Positions 29,027 to 40,114 of a stretch of DNA of 64,000 nt are shown here, piece after piece. The position numbers and the translations under genes are program-made. The notes below the pieces were generated by a model. That model saw only the letters and a program-made list of their open reading frames with translations, did not search any database and was not told the DNA's origin. This DNA comes from Acidobacteriota bacterium. GTDB taxonomy: Bacteria > Acidobacteriota > UBA6911 > RPQK01 > JADFOI01. How positions within the stretch are numbered: position 1 is the first letter of the stretch; every line of letters starts with the position of its first letter. Location: NCBI GenBank assembly GCA_963663035.1, contig OY760074.1, positions 3,264,001 to 3,328,000 of the forward strand, read 5' to 3'.

Positions 29027-31613
29027 ATGTCGGAGGACATCTCTAAAATAAAAGAGAAGAGGAGTTTTACCCTACCAATCCGGAAGAGGCGTGCAGCTGT
29101 GAGATCCGAAGGCTATCAGGAAGTAGTGAGAAGGCCCTGGGAGGTTCTTGACCAAGAGATCTTCCCTTACCTCAATGTTGAGAGATTGTTTGCAGATGTT
29201 CGAGGGTTGAAACGCTACGGTCGCTTCTGGCATGGTTCCTGTCCCATCCACGGCGACCTGCAAGGTGCCTTCTCGATTGATCCGGAAAGACTGGAGTGGA
29301 GCTGTGCTCTGGGGTGCGGGGGAGGTGGTCCGGTCCAGTACCTGCAGAAGCTGCGCGGGCTGTCCTGGATGGACGCTGCGCGAGAACTGGCCAGTCTGGC
29401 CGGAGTAGAGCCATCAATTTTCGATCCTTGGCAAGAACACTGGACAGAAGAAGACTTTCTCCTGCACGCGAGGTTGGAAAGCCGGTCCAGCCTGCTGGGA
29501 TTCTTTATGACCTATACCCGATCTTTTTATCGGTCTCTGGCCGGTCAGACAGTCCGCAGTCATCTCATCACCCGACAGGGTTTCCCCGAGAACAAGCTCG
29601 AGGAGCTTGATCTCGGGCTGTACACCGCCCCGGAAGACGTGTGGCACTGCCTGAAGAAGACAGGACGTGATTTGGAAGAGGTCCGTTCGTGGGGCTTGTT
29701 TGAGGCGCCATGGAGCGGTCGCATAGTGGGTTGCTGGAAGGACCTTCAGGGCAGAAGAATTAATATCTGGGGTTGGCAGCCCAAGGAGACTTCCACCGGA
29801 CAGGCCAGTATGGAGGGACGCATCCTTTTTGAACAGGGCGATGCTTTAGGTGGGAAAAGCGTCCCCTTCAATCTGGATGTTGCTGCTGGTTTGGAAAAGC
29901 GTGATCTGCTCCTGTTGGAGAGCCCTATCAAGGCCCTCTTTACCCAGTCCCTGGGTCTTGAAGACCCCTTTCCCGTGGCGGCAGGAGGAGACCTGAACAG
30001 CGTGCAGATTGAGGCTATGCAGAAGCACCTTCGCTTGGGCGGCGCGCTGACCGTCTGTTGGGACTATGATCCTGAGACTGACGGAACCAAAAAGGACAGA
30101 GCCTTTACCACGCTGCAACGATTGAAGAAAGCAAACTTTCCTATCTACGTCGTGAATCCGGCATGCCTGGCAGATCAGAGCAGGCCAAAGCAAAAGGTTA
30201 CGGTCAATGACTTTATCCTGAGACACGGAGGAGGTGAGAAAGGGCTTCAAGCTTTTCAAGAGCTTCTTGAGAAACCAGAGAAGTATGAAGCGGAAATGAT
30301 TGTCGACGGAACAGCTTTAGGAAACCAGAGCGGGATCTGGCCAGGGGTCTTGGAGATCTTTCACAGTTTCTCCTCCAGAAACTCTAGAGCCTCCGCCAAA
30401 GCAGATGAAGACGAGATCATCTCCGAACGCCTTCAAGCTCTGGAGCCCATGTTCCAAGCAGCTGAAGAGATCGGACGCAGTATAGCCAAAGGTTTCTTAG
30501 GTGGTCTACCCAGGCGTCTTGCCAATGAGTTGGCGGGCGAGGCCTCTAATGGACTGCAGCTCGCCTCACATTCCGCCGGAGAATTGGCCAGTCTTCCCGT
30601 TCAGATTTCGAGTCCCCCCACTTTCTCCGTTGATCGCCTGGGAGAGGAAACCCGTGCGGCTCCACTAGTCGAACTTTCGGGTTGGCAGGCACTGGACAAT
30701 CTGGAGGTTCGCTTCAACCCGGGAGAGCTGGCCGTTTTAGGGGGGCGCACAGGGCACGGAAAAACCTCGATGCTCCTGGGTCTACTCCTGGAGTGGCTCG
30801 AGAAGGCCGCTGTACAGGGGACAGACAAGCTTTTTCTTTTCTATTCCGTGGAGGAACCGGAGGTTCGCATCTATCACCGCCTGTTGAGTCTTTTAACGGC
30901 CAGAAATGGAACGGGCTGGACCATCCATCAAGTCGAAGACTATCTGAAACAGAAAAATGGTCATCCGGTTGAGTATTCGCCCCTTGATCCGGAAACCTTG
31001 GAGGCTGCCGAAGGACGTTTCCACTCTTGGGAAGAATGTCTTCAGATTCTCTACCAGCCCACCTGGACCATAGCAGAACTGGAGACCTATGCTCGGAATT
31101 TATCCGAGAGCCGAAAAGTGGGGGCGATTCTTGTGGATCACCTACAGCGCATTCCACCACCAAAGGGAACGCATGGCCGCCGCGATGTGGAGATTTCCAC
31201 CGTCGCTCATCGCCTTAAGACCTTGGCGGTCGACCTGTCCTGTCCCATAGTCACAACTGCTCAAATTGGGCGGCAGGCTCTTCAGCGAGCACATAAAATC
31301 CCTGCCAAACAAGCCCCTTGGGGATGTGAATGTGCTGGGAGCCATCAAAATGCGTCGTCCCCAGCTCCAACACCTGAGAGAGGGTGGAATTGAGCAAGAG
31401 GCGGACCTGGTCCTTGGACTGCTGAACTACGCGGCCGATTACCAGGCTGAGATGGAGGAACCAGGGTCGATCGCCGCCACCACACCTTTCGAGGTGGGCA
31501 CCCTCAAGAACCGGTATGGGCCTGTGGGCTGTTGGGCTTCCCTTCGCTTCCAAGGGCGATTCGGATTTTTGCAAGATCCGGGAATCCTAGCCCACCTGAT
31601 GCTGGCCCTTTGA
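29027..31613 (+). pseudogene. CHC2 zinc finger-primase-DnaB-like helicase fusion with +1 frameshift near 31305-31325
   Basis: CPIH...C..GC, GGRTGHGKT, FYSVEE, VDHLQ, TAQIGR. Helicase motifs RPQLQHLREGGIEQEADLVLGL and LKNRYG continue in ORF 31266-31613. Confidence 0.75.
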
Positions 31614-31659
31614 ATCACCAAGACGTGTTCCGGGCTAGCCCACCTGATGCTGGCCCTTT
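31587..31659. repeat. 25-bp direct repeat CTAGCCCACCTGATGCTGGCCCTTT
   Basis: Copies at 31587-31611 and 31635-31659, next to MITE copy 6. Confidence 0.85.
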
Positions 31660-31661
31660 CC

Positions 31662-31909
31662 AAGCCCGCATTTCTCACACCAGGTCGTCGCGAAGCGGTG
31701 AAAGGACCGGAAAACAGAGCCGTGGGCTTTAGCCCACGGGCCCGCAGGTTAAAGCCTGCGGGCCCGACTGGCGCGCGACAGAGTCCCCCCGCAGACGTAC
31801 TCTTGAGTACGTCGAGGAGGCCGAGGGGTACCCGCTTGCGGGTCGCGCAACACAGTCAGGTCGGTTCATTGCGCCGATGCAGTAGATCGGGTGTGAGAAA
31901 CGCGGGCTA
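31662..31909. mobile_element. MITE-like repeat, family A copy 6 (variant termini)
   Basis: AAGCCCGCATTTCTCACACC...GGTGTGAGAAACGCGGGCTA with the same internal hairpin modules as copies 3 and 4. Confidence 0.8.
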
Positions 31910-34900
31910 AAAGAAAAGTGCGGGCACCCAGGGTAAGACTGAATAGAGCAGGCACCAGGAAGATGGTGAAGATGGTGGAAACAACCATACCACCGATGAC
32001 GACACCACCCAGACCTCGATAGAGTTCCGAACCGGCCCCCGGGAAAAGAACCAGCGGCAGCATCGCTAGAACGCTGGTGGAAACACTCATGAAAATGGGC
32101 CGAATGCGGTTTTCCACAGCTTTTCCAATGGCTTCGTCCGAAGGCAGCCCTTCTTCACGAATGTGGTTGAGTGACTGGTGGACGATCAAAATCGCATTAT
32201 TCACGACTGTACCAATCAGGATGATGAAGCCCAGCATGGTCAGAACATCCATCGGCTGATAGGTCAGAAAAAGATTGATGGCCTTCAGCCCGAGAAAGCC
32301 TCCCAAGGCTGCCAATGGTACGCTAAACATGATCACGAAGGGATAGAGAAAACTCTCGAACAGAGCCGAAAGTAAGAGATAGGTAATCACCAAAGCCAGA
32401 ATCATATTCAACTGGAGGGCACGGCCGGCCTGGGCCAGCTTGTCGGCGGTTCCGCTGAGGGACACGCGGTATAGACCGCCCAATTGGCCAGCCTCCGTCA
32501 TGGGTCCGAGAACTTGCTCTTCGATCAGCTCCATCGCCAATTCGATGGGCATCCGTTCGGCTGGGTTCACGCGCAGCGTAATGACTCGCTCCCGCTCACG
32601 GTGGTTGATCTGTACCGGTCCATCGACTCGGGAAATCTCTGCCACTGAACCAAGCGTGACCAGCTGCCCCGATGGAGTGGCGATGGGCAGCTGCTCAAGC
32701 AAATGGGTGCGTCTCTCGTAATCCTCCTCCAACATGATCTTCAGATCGATTTCCTGGCTCTGGTATCGAAAATCACTGGCTTTGACTCCGTCAATGAGTG
32801 CGCTGACCGTAAAGCCGAGATCCCGATTGGAAAGGCCCACTTCAGCCGCTCTTTGTCGGTGGATCAACACTTGAAGTTCGGGGTTTCCAAGGTCCAGACT
32901 CGGAATGGGAAGGATCTGGGCATCCGGCATGATTCCCAGCAGCCTGCCAAATGCCTCGCCCCCCAGCTCAATGAGTCTTTCCAGCTCGGGGCCCGTAAAT
33001 TCGATGTCGATGTTTCGCCCCTCGTTCATGGCGGTCTGAAAAATACTGTACTGGCTGAGTACCACAAACGACCCGGGAAGCTGGAAACCGACCTTCTGAA
33101 ACTCTGGAAGCAGTTCCCGAACCCGCAGCGGATCGCGCGATTGCACTCCCATGAAAGCACTGTCACTCAGGGCCACGGTAAAGAACCCACTGATGCCGCC
33201 CCCCGGCTGGGCCTCAGCTTCAGGGGAACCGGGTGTACTTTCCCACAGATGTGAGAGCGCCTGCACATAGGGTTGGCGCATCTCGGCGACTTGATCCACG
33301 CTGTAGCCTGGCGGGGGAAGGATGAAACCGAACAGGAAGTTCTGATTTCCCACCGGTAGATACTCTGCACTGGGCATGAGCCGATAACTGAATCCGAGGG
33401 CGGCAGCGGTTAAAATGACGATCACCGCCAGGCGCGCCAGTGTCGATCTGTTGATCCAGGTGACGACATGGACGATCAGGCGGGTAAAGGCCCGGCCTGG
33501 GTGGAACCTTCTCCAGGTGCTGGAAGGAACACCAGCATCGGACTTGTTCGTTCCCGCTTTCAGGATTTTAGCCGACAGGGAAGGGATCACGGTGATGGAA
33601 ACGATCAAACTCAGTCCCACTGCACAGGTGACAGCGATGGCGATGTCGCCAAAGAGTTGACCCACTTCCTCCTGCATGAAAGCTATCGGCAAAAAGACGG
33701 CGATGGTGGTCAGGGTGCTGGCCAGAACCGCCCCCCACACTTCTCTGGTGGCCTCAAAGGCTGCCCTCCGGCGAGACTCTCCACCCTGGCGATGGCGATG
33801 GATGTTCTCCAGCACCACGATGGAGTTGTCCACCACCATGCCAACGGCAAAAGCCAGACCCGCCATACTGACCACGTTCAGTGTCCGTCCGAACCAGTAC
33901 ATCATCAGCAGGCTGCCGACAAGGCTGATGGGAATGGCCACAGAGATGATCAGTGTGGAGGAAAAGCTGCGCAAAAAGAGAAGCAGTACCAGGATAGCCA
34001 GAATCCCCCCAATAAAGAGGCTCTGACTAACCAGCTCTATAGCGCTGTGGATGTATTCTGTCTGGTCGTAGACCTGGGCCAACTCCAAGCCCCGGCCAGC
34101 CAGCAGGTCGCCGTTAAGGCGCTCGACGGTCTGCTTCACTTCGGCCATCACCTGGAGGACGTTTGCGCCGGGCGTCCGGATGGCGTTGAGGATGATGATC
34201 TCTGTGCCCATCATAAAGACCCTGGCCGCCGGTTTGCGGAAGCCGAGTTCGGCCCGAGCCACATCTCTTAGGTAGACGGGAATCCCGTTGCGAACCGCCA
34301 CAACAATGTTTTCGATATCTTCGGTCGAGCGATATTCGCCTACCGTGCGAACGATATAACGGCGTTTTCCCTCCTCGAAGTCGCCGCCGCTGTAGTTGCG
34401 ATTTTCCCGGTCCAAAGCGTCGCCCAGTTCATTGATCGTCACCCGGCGAGCGGCCAGCTCCGCAGGATCGAAGATGACCTGCATTTCACGCGGCTCTCCC
34501 CCGTAGAAGTTGGACTGGGCCACTCCGGGAACCCGTTCCAGCTCGGGCTTTATCGAATCGTTCACAAAGTCATACAGTGAGACAATATCTCCCACAAAAC
34601 CGCTCTCTTGAGTGGGGCGAAGCGCGAACCAGGCCATGGCACTTTCGTCAACATTGGTAGTGGCGAGAACCGGCTTTTCCGCGTTATCCGGATAGGCGGG
34701 AACCTGTTCTAGCCGATTGGCGACCTGCAAGAGCGCGGTATCGCTCCTGGTGCCCACCACGAAGGTCAGGGTCAGGGTACCCGTGCTGTCACGGCTGGAA
34801 CTCTCCATTTTGACCAGGCCTTCCAGCGATTTCAGCTGTTCCTCCTGCTCATCAATGATCTCGTGCTCAATTTCCTGGGGACTTGCTCCTGGCCAGAGAG

Positions 34901-35045
34901 TGGTGACCAAGACCCGGGGAAGTTCAACCTCGGGAGTCAACTGGACTGGAATTTGGGTCAAGGCCAGCCCGCCGAACAAGAGCATCAGGATCACGCCCAC
35001 GGCCGTCGTCACGGGATAACGGATGGATTCCTGGATGATCTTCAC
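31866..35045 (-). CDS. RND efflux transporter permease (AcrB/AcrD/AcrF family)
   Basis: ~1050 aa, GMVVDNSIVVLENI, GTVVNNAIL, RIRPIFM. The last ~13 codons lie within MITE copy 6. Confidence 0.93.
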   Translation of the reverse strand: MKIIQESIRYPVTTAVGVILMLLFGGLALTQIPVQLTPEVELPRVLVTTLWPGASPQEIEHEIIDEQEEQLKSLEGLVKMESSSRDSTGTLTLTFVVGTRSDTALLQVANRLEQVPAYPDNAEKPVLATTNVDESAMAWFALRPTQESGFVGDIVSLYDFVNDSIKPELERVPGVAQSNFYGGEPREMQVIFDPAELAARRVTINELGDALDRENRNYSGGDFEEGKRRYIVRTVGEYRSTEDIENIVVAVRNGIPVYLRDVARAELGFRKPAARVFMMGTEIIILNAIRTPGANVLQVMAEVKQTVERLNGDLLAGRGLELAQVYDQTEYIHSAIELVSQSLFIGGILAILVLLLFLRSFSSTLIISVAIPISLVGSLLMMYWFGRTLNVVSMAGLAFAVGMVVDNSIVVLENIHRHRQGGESRRRAAFEATREVWGAVLASTLTTIAVFLPIAFMQEEVGQLFGDIAIAVTCAVGLSLIVSITVIPSLSAKILKAGTNKSDAGVPSSTWRRFHPGRAFTRLIVHVVTWINRSTLARLAVIVILTAAALGFSYRLMPSAEYLPVGNQNFLFGFILPPPGYSVDQVAEMRQPYVQALSHLWESTPGSPEAEAQPGGGISGFFTVALSDSAFMGVQSRDPLRVRELLPEFQKVGFQLPGSFVVLSQYSIFQTAMNEGRNIDIEFTGPELERLIELGGEAFGRLLGIMPDAQILPIPSLDLGNPELQVLIHRQRAAEVGLSNRDLGFTVSALIDGVKASDFRYQSQEIDLKIMLEEDYERRTHLLEQLPIATPSGQLVTLGSVAEISRVDGPVQINHRERERVITLRVNPAERMPIELAMELIEEQVLGPMTEAGQLGGLYRVSLSGTADKLAQAGRALQLNMILALVITYLLLSALFESFLYPFVIMFSVPLAALGGFLGLKAINLFLTYQPMDVLTMLGFIILIGTVVNNAILIVHQSLNHIREEGLPSDEAIGKAVENRIRPIFMSVSTSVLAMLPLVLFPGAGSELYRGLGGVVIGGMVVSTIFTIFLVPALFSLTLGARTFLLARVSHTRSTASAQ

Positions 35046-36112
35046 GGTAAAGGATACTCCAGCTGCTCGGCTCGGACTCGCTGACCGTCCTGCAGGCGTT
35101 CATTTCCCTGGGTGACAACCTTGTCACCCTGAAGCGTCCCTTCTACCTGCACCCACCCTCCAACTCCAACCCCGCTTCGAACCGCGGTGCGGCGAACCGA
35201 ATCGTCTTCGTTCAACAGGTAGACAAATTGCTGTGTACCTTGGGTGACGACGGCATCCTTGGGAACGAGCGTACCGGTGTAGGGGTCGCCCATGGGAAGG
35301 GTGACGCGGGCCAGCATGCCGACTGCAATCCGACCCTGGGGATTGGAAAGACTCAGCTTAATGGGTAAGGTGCGTGCCTGTGGATCGGCCCGCGGGATGA
35401 TGCTCTGGACCTGGCCGTCGAACTCTATTCCCAGCAGTGACTCGAAGCTGATCCGGACTGGCGCTTTCATGCTGAGGGCATCAAAGTATCGCTCCGGAAG
35501 GTCCACTGACACCTCCAGCTGCTCCAGCGACAACAACTCCACCACCGCTCCTCCTGCTTCCAGCCACTCGCCGACCTGGGTACTTTCGACAACCACCACC
35601 CCGTCATAGGGGGCACGGATGGTCGTCTGTTCAATGTCGTGCTTGAATTGCTCGATCTCTGCCCTGAGCCGTTCAATTCGGCCCTGCCAGGCATTAAATT
35701 CGAAAAGGGCGTCGTCCAGCTGCTGTCGGCTGTAGACTCCGCCTTCGGACAGCTCGCGAGCTCGCTCGAGTGTCCTCTCGGCCAGCTTTTGGCGGGCTTC
35801 GTCTTCCTTCAGTTGGGCCACCGCCGCACGCAGCCGCAGTTCCAGACTGGTTTGTCGAAGCTGGGCCAGAACCTGTCCTTGTTTGACCTCCTGGCCTTCC
35901 CGAGCCAGGAAACTCTCAACCACGCCCGAGATTTCGCCGGCCACCGTACTGACCAGTCGCGACTCCACCGTGCCAGGCAGTCGCACCGATGGCTTGATGA
36001 GCTGAGAACGAACTTCGGTGAACCGAATCAAGACCCCTTCGGGGGCTTGCCCCAGGACAGGGAGCAGAGTGAAGCTCAAGAAGAGGCCGAGTCGAAACAC
36101 CGAGAAAAGCAT
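35042..36112 (-). CDS. RND efflux periplasmic adaptor (MFP)
   Basis: EGQEVKQGQVL lipoyl half, IRAPYDG, GMLARV, VPKDAV. Overlaps the permease start. Confidence 0.9.
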   Translation of the reverse strand: MLFSVFRLGLFLSFTLLPVLGQAPEGVLIRFTEVRSQLIKPSVRLPGTVESRLVSTVAGEISGVVESFLAREGQEVKQGQVLAQLRQTSLELRLRAAVAQLKEDEARQKLAERTLERARELSEGGVYSRQQLDDALFEFNAWQGRIERLRAEIEQFKHDIEQTTIRAPYDGVVVVESTQVGEWLEAGGAVVELLSLEQLEVSVDLPERYFDALSMKAPVRISFESLLGIEFDGQVQSIIPRADPQARTLPIKLSLSNPQGRIAVGMLARVTLPMGDPYTGTLVPKDAVVTQGTQQFVYLLNEDDSVRRTAVRSGVGVGGWVQVEGTLQGDKVVTQGNERLQDGQRVRAEQLEYPLP

Positions 36113-36167
36113 GACATTTACTCAAGATAAATTGCTCACTACACAGTTCCAATCAGGAGACCCCATT

Positions 36168-37013
36168 CTACATGGGTTCATCTTCCCTGGCATTCTCCCA
36201 AACGAACTTGAGCAAACGGTAGAACTCGACTGTGCCTTCCTTGAGGTGTCCAAGCCGAATGGTTTGGCCAATGCGAAGACGAACCACGATGCCTTCGCCT
36301 CCTTGTTCACCGAGACCGATCCAGCTGATTTCCGCATAAGGGATTTCAGAGAGTTTTAGCAAGTACGTGACCATCAAATTCTCAGCGGTGACCGTGACTC
36401 GTCTGACACCAGGCCCCAGGGTACTAACCATGAGCGCCAAAAAGGCCCCTACCAGGAGCAAGTCACCTCCGGTCGCCCCCTCGCACCACATCCAGAACAT
36501 CGCAACAGTCAAAGCGACCACTAAACCTACCGTGAAAGAGGCGCGAACACCCGCATCTCGGTGAAACTCTCTCGGTAGCGACGAGTTTAGTGCGAGATTT
36601 TCAGTACGTTCCACGATTAGATCTCGCAGACGGTGGAAATTTTCCAACGCGTAATCCAGCATCACGGACCTTCCCTGGGCATCGGTCACCCTTAGTCTGG
36701 TCGTCTTGTGTTTCACACTTCGGATATCGAGCCACTTCAGGTGAGTTTTCTGACCGCGCACGACATGAGTGACTCCGCTATCATCCGCCACCACGTAGTC
36801 ATCAACATGTCTCAGACCCCAGGCTACCAGCCCACTCAAGCCTAGAGCTATTAAGGCCAGGGGCGCGATTGTCCAGCTGTTCTCTTTCGGATCAAGGACT
36901 GGCAGGAGAAAAGTATAGACAGTCAGAGCTAGAAAAAAGGCAAAGCCGACCCTGAATACCCCTTTGTACCCCTTCGGAAGCCGAAAGATGTATTGTCGTT
37001 CTTCTCTGGTCAT
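36168..37013 (-). CDS. Hypothetical membrane protein (two TM-hairpin + bPH-like repeats)
   Basis: Two pairs of TM helices, each followed by a segment ending W.DI / YAEI. Confidence 0.55.
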   Translation of the reverse strand: MTREERQYIFRLPKGYKGVFRVGFAFFLALTVYTFLLPVLDPKENSWTIAPLALIALGLSGLVAWGLRHVDDYVVADDSGVTHVVRGQKTHLKWLDIRSVKHKTTRLRVTDAQGRSVMLDYALENFHRLRDLIVERTENLALNSSLPREFHRDAGVRASFTVGLVVALTVAMFWMWCEGATGGDLLLVGAFLALMVSTLGPGVRRVTVTAENLMVTYLLKLSEIPYAEISWIGLGEQGGEGIVVRLRIGQTIRLGHLKEGTVEFYRLLKFVWENAREDEPM

Positions 37014-37213
37014 CGAACGTCAGCGAAGATTCGAAAAGATCTCTGCCCCCTTGTTTCCTGCCCTATTAGCTTAGCCGAAGGAGTGCATCGGCTGACGAGT
37101 CAGCCTACCTGACAAGGTGATACCCATCACAGCCTGCTAGCCTATCGCTGTGTAGACTGCTCTGGAGGTTACACCTCGCATCTGTTTCGAAAGTGGACTG
37201 TGGATTTGGATAG

Positions 37214-37591
37214 ATGGAAACAGATTCTGTAAACATTCCCAGAGTTACAGTACAGGGGTTATCTCCTTTAGCGATGGCACTGATTGCGGCCATTCTGGTA
37301 CCGCTGTTGGAAGTGCTTGTCTTGGATTGGGACCTATTTACGATCATGTTTATCTTCTGACTGGAGAACGCTGTCGTGGGTCTGTATAAGGCCTTGAAGT
37401 TACTTTTTTTCTGTACCTTGGAAAGCTTCTTCCTGAGCCACGGTGTGTCCTTTTCTTATAACTTCGTTGGGAAGCAGGACTTTCTCCGTACGGAACCCGA
37501 AGGGCAAATGATGGCGCCCTATAAGAGGATTGCTTTGATGCATTTCACGGTCCTTTTTGGGGGCATCGGCTTTCAAACAGCACGGCGCTAG
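37214..37591 (+). pseudogene. DUF6498-like membrane protein remnant
   Basis: LIAAILVPLL..LDWDLFTIMFIF*LENAVVG with TGA at 37358 where Trp is expected, then SHGVSF..NF and APYKRIALMH. Confidence 0.6.
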
Positions 37592-38001
37592 CTGGCAGGG
37601 CTGACAGTTCTTCTTCTCACCAATAGCCAATGAGGTAGAAACACCAGCACATCAATCACCAGTACAATGGCCATCATCGTAAGGCTTTGCCCCGCTCTCC
37701 TCTGCTCTGACCTGAGTGCCGTTTGCTAGCTTGCTTCCCGCTGTCTGGTTTGCTCCTCTTCTGACTGTTCTGTCGGTCCTACAGGAATCGCTGGAGAAAT
37801 TCCACGAAATTCTCTAACAGAAGTGGGTCTAAACGCCTCATTTGACTGATGTCTCTCGTATTCGTACGCACTGAGGGTAAACTCCGGATTAGCGATCTGT
37901 ATCAGATCATAAACCCCAATTCCTAGCGCAGTGATCAAGCAGAGCAGTGCTACAAAGCATATGGCTAAGGCGTAGACTTCAAGAAGTGTTTTTTTCATCA
38001 T
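37588..38001 (-). pseudogene. Membrane protein with in-frame TAG at 37726-37728
   Basis: The frame continues after the stop as QTALRSEQRRAGQSLTMMAIVLVIDVLVFLPHWLLVRR (second TM helix). Confidence 0.6.
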
Positions 38002-38221
38002 GTGAGTGCCCATTTCCAAAATCGAACAATGCATCCTACGGTCAGTGAAAAATCTAGCACAAAGCTCAAGACGTTGACGCTCATTGAAAAGTTTCAAAGG
38101 TGAGCCAGCCTTGTCGAATTTCCAACAAAAGTCTTCATCCCTTGTCGCAGAGACACGCAATTTCTACCACATTTCTAGCACAGATTCTTATTTACTCCTG
38201 TGCTACCATATCCTCATTCCT

Positions 38222-40114
38222 ATGATGCGAAACCGTTCTCGATTCGGCCCGTTTCTCGCCGCGCTGGTTCTCCTTCTGTTGGCGTCCACGGTCAACGCGC
38301 AGGAAGGCGATCGCGCGCAGATCCCGGAGAAGTACACCTGGGATCTCACCCACCTCTATCCCACCACCGTCGCCTGGCGTTCGGCCAAGGACGCTCTACA
38401 GGCAAAGATCCCCGATCTCGGCGGTTTCAAGGGCCAACTAGCGACCTCAGCGGAAACGCTGGCCGACGCGCTCGACAGGATGTACACGCTAGACAAGGAT
38501 CTGGCGCGACTGGCGGGCTATGCGAGCATGCTGGCCGATCAGGACACACGCGATTCCGAGCACCAAGGCATGCGGCAGGAGATACAGCAGCTCAGGGCGG
38601 CATTCAGGGCCGAGGTCTCGTATTTGCGCCCCGAGATCCTTCGAATCGACACGGTGCGGCTGCAGACATTCCTGGCCTCTGAGCCCCGCCTCTCGGTCTA
38701 CCGCTTCTTCATCGAAAACGTGGTCCGCCGGAGAGCACATGCGCTCGATGATGCGGAAGAGAAAATTCTCGCCGACGTGGGGCCCCTCTCAACCTCCGCG
38801 TCGAGTATCTTTCGCATCCTGTCCAATGCCGACCTGCCCTACCCGACGGTGACGCTTGGAGATGGCCGCACTGCCAGGCTCGACCAGTCTGCCTACACCG
38901 AGCTTCGCGCGCTGCCGGACCGATCCGATCGCCAGAAGGTGATGTCGTTGTTCTTTCAGACGCTGGGAAGCTTTGGCCGCACCTTCGGGACCACCATGAA
39001 CGGCGAGGTCCAGAAGGTAATGTTCTTCGCCAAGACGCGGAACTATACTTCGGCGCTGGAAGCAACGCTCGACTGGCCGAATATTCCCGCGTCCGTTTAC
39101 ATGCGGCTGATCGAGGGCGTGAATCGCCACCTGGCTACTTTCCACCGGTATCTGAAACTTCGCAAGCGGATGATGGGGGTCGACCAGTTCCATTACTATG
39201 ATCTCTATGCGCCGCTGGTCGGGTCAGTCCAGCTCCGATACACGCCGGAAGACGCCCAGGCTCTCGTTCTCGCAGCTGTCGAGCCCCTCGGTCTGGACTA
39301 CGCTGCGGTCGTCGGGCGAAGCTTTCGTGATCGTTGGATCGACTGGTATCCGGCCGAGGGGAAGTGGGCCGGCGGTTACTCGACCGGTGCCGCTTACGAC
39401 GTCCATCCCTACATTCTCCTGAACTACAACGGCCAGTACGCGGACGTCAGCACGCTGGCACACGAGCTGGGTCATTTGATGCACAGCTACTATACGAACA
39501 AGACTCAACCATACGCGCTAAAGGCCTACCCGATCTTCGTGGCTGAGGTCGCCTCTACTTTCAACGAGGTGCTGCTCATGGACCATATGCTGAAGAACAT
39601 CCGGGACAGGGACACCCGGCTGGCGCTCCTCGGCAATTACCTCGAGAAGGTCAGGACGACGGTGTTCCGCCAGACGCTGTTCGCCGAGTTCGAGCTGGGC
39701 ATGCACGAGATGGCCTGGCGTGGCGAGCCCGTGACCGGCGAGGCGCTCTCCAGTCTTTACCTCAACATTACAAGAAGGTACTACGGCCACGACCAGGGTG
39801 TTTCGATTGTGGACGACTACGTCGCCCATGAATGGAGCTACGTTCCGCATTTCTACTCGGAGTTCTACGTCTTCCAGTACGCCACATCGTTTTCCGCCTC
39901 GATAGCGCTGGCCCAGAAAGCCAAAGCGAGCGGACCGGCCGGCGTCGAAGCGACCAAGCGGTTTCTTGCCTTCCTCGCGTCCGGTGGATCCAAGTATCCG
40001 ATCGATCTGCTAAAGGACGCGGGCGTCGACATGACGACTGACGAGCCACTAGAGCTCACGATGCGGGAAATGAACCGGGTCATGGACGAGATGGAGACGC
40101 TACTGGCGCCCTGA
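38222..40114 (+). CDS. pepF: Oligoendopeptidase F (M3B) with signal peptide
   Basis: WDLTHLY, HPYILLNY, TLAHELGHLMH, AEVASTFNE, PHFY..FYVFQYATS. Confidence 0.92.
   Translation: MMRNRSRFGPFLAALVLLLLASTVNAQEGDRAQIPEKYTWDLTHLYPTTVAWRSAKDALQAKIPDLGGFKGQLATSAETLADALDRMYTLDKDLARLAGYASMLADQDTRDSEHQGMRQEIQQLRAAFRAEVSYLRPEILRIDTVRLQTFLASEPRLSVYRFFIENVVRRRAHALDDAEEKILADVGPLSTSASSIFRILSNADLPYPTVTLGDGRTARLDQSAYTELRALPDRSDRQKVMSLFFQTLGSFGRTFGTTMNGEVQKVMFFAKTRNYTSALEATLDWPNIPASVYMRLIEGVNRHLATFHRYLKLRKRMMGVDQFHYYDLYAPLVGSVQLRYTPEDAQALVLAAVEPLGLDYAAVVGRSFRDRWIDWYPAEGKWAGGYSTGAAYDVHPYILLNYNGQYADVSTLAHELGHLMHSYYTNKTQPYALKAYPIFVAEVASTFNEVLLMDHMLKNIRDRDTRLALLGNYLEKVRTTVFRQTLFAEFELGMHEMAWRGEPVTGEALSSLYLNITRRYYGHDQGVSIVDDYVAHEWSYVPHFYSEFYVFQYATSFSASIALAQKAKASGPAGVEATKRFLAFLASGGSKYPIDLLKDAGVDMTTDEPLELTMREMNRVMDEMETLLAP

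Noticed and set aside
37358-37360. In-frame TGA as a second selenocysteine
   Set aside because: It falls at an expected Trp (FW.EN) in a membrane protein that also looks internally deleted, with no redox motif or evident SECIS.
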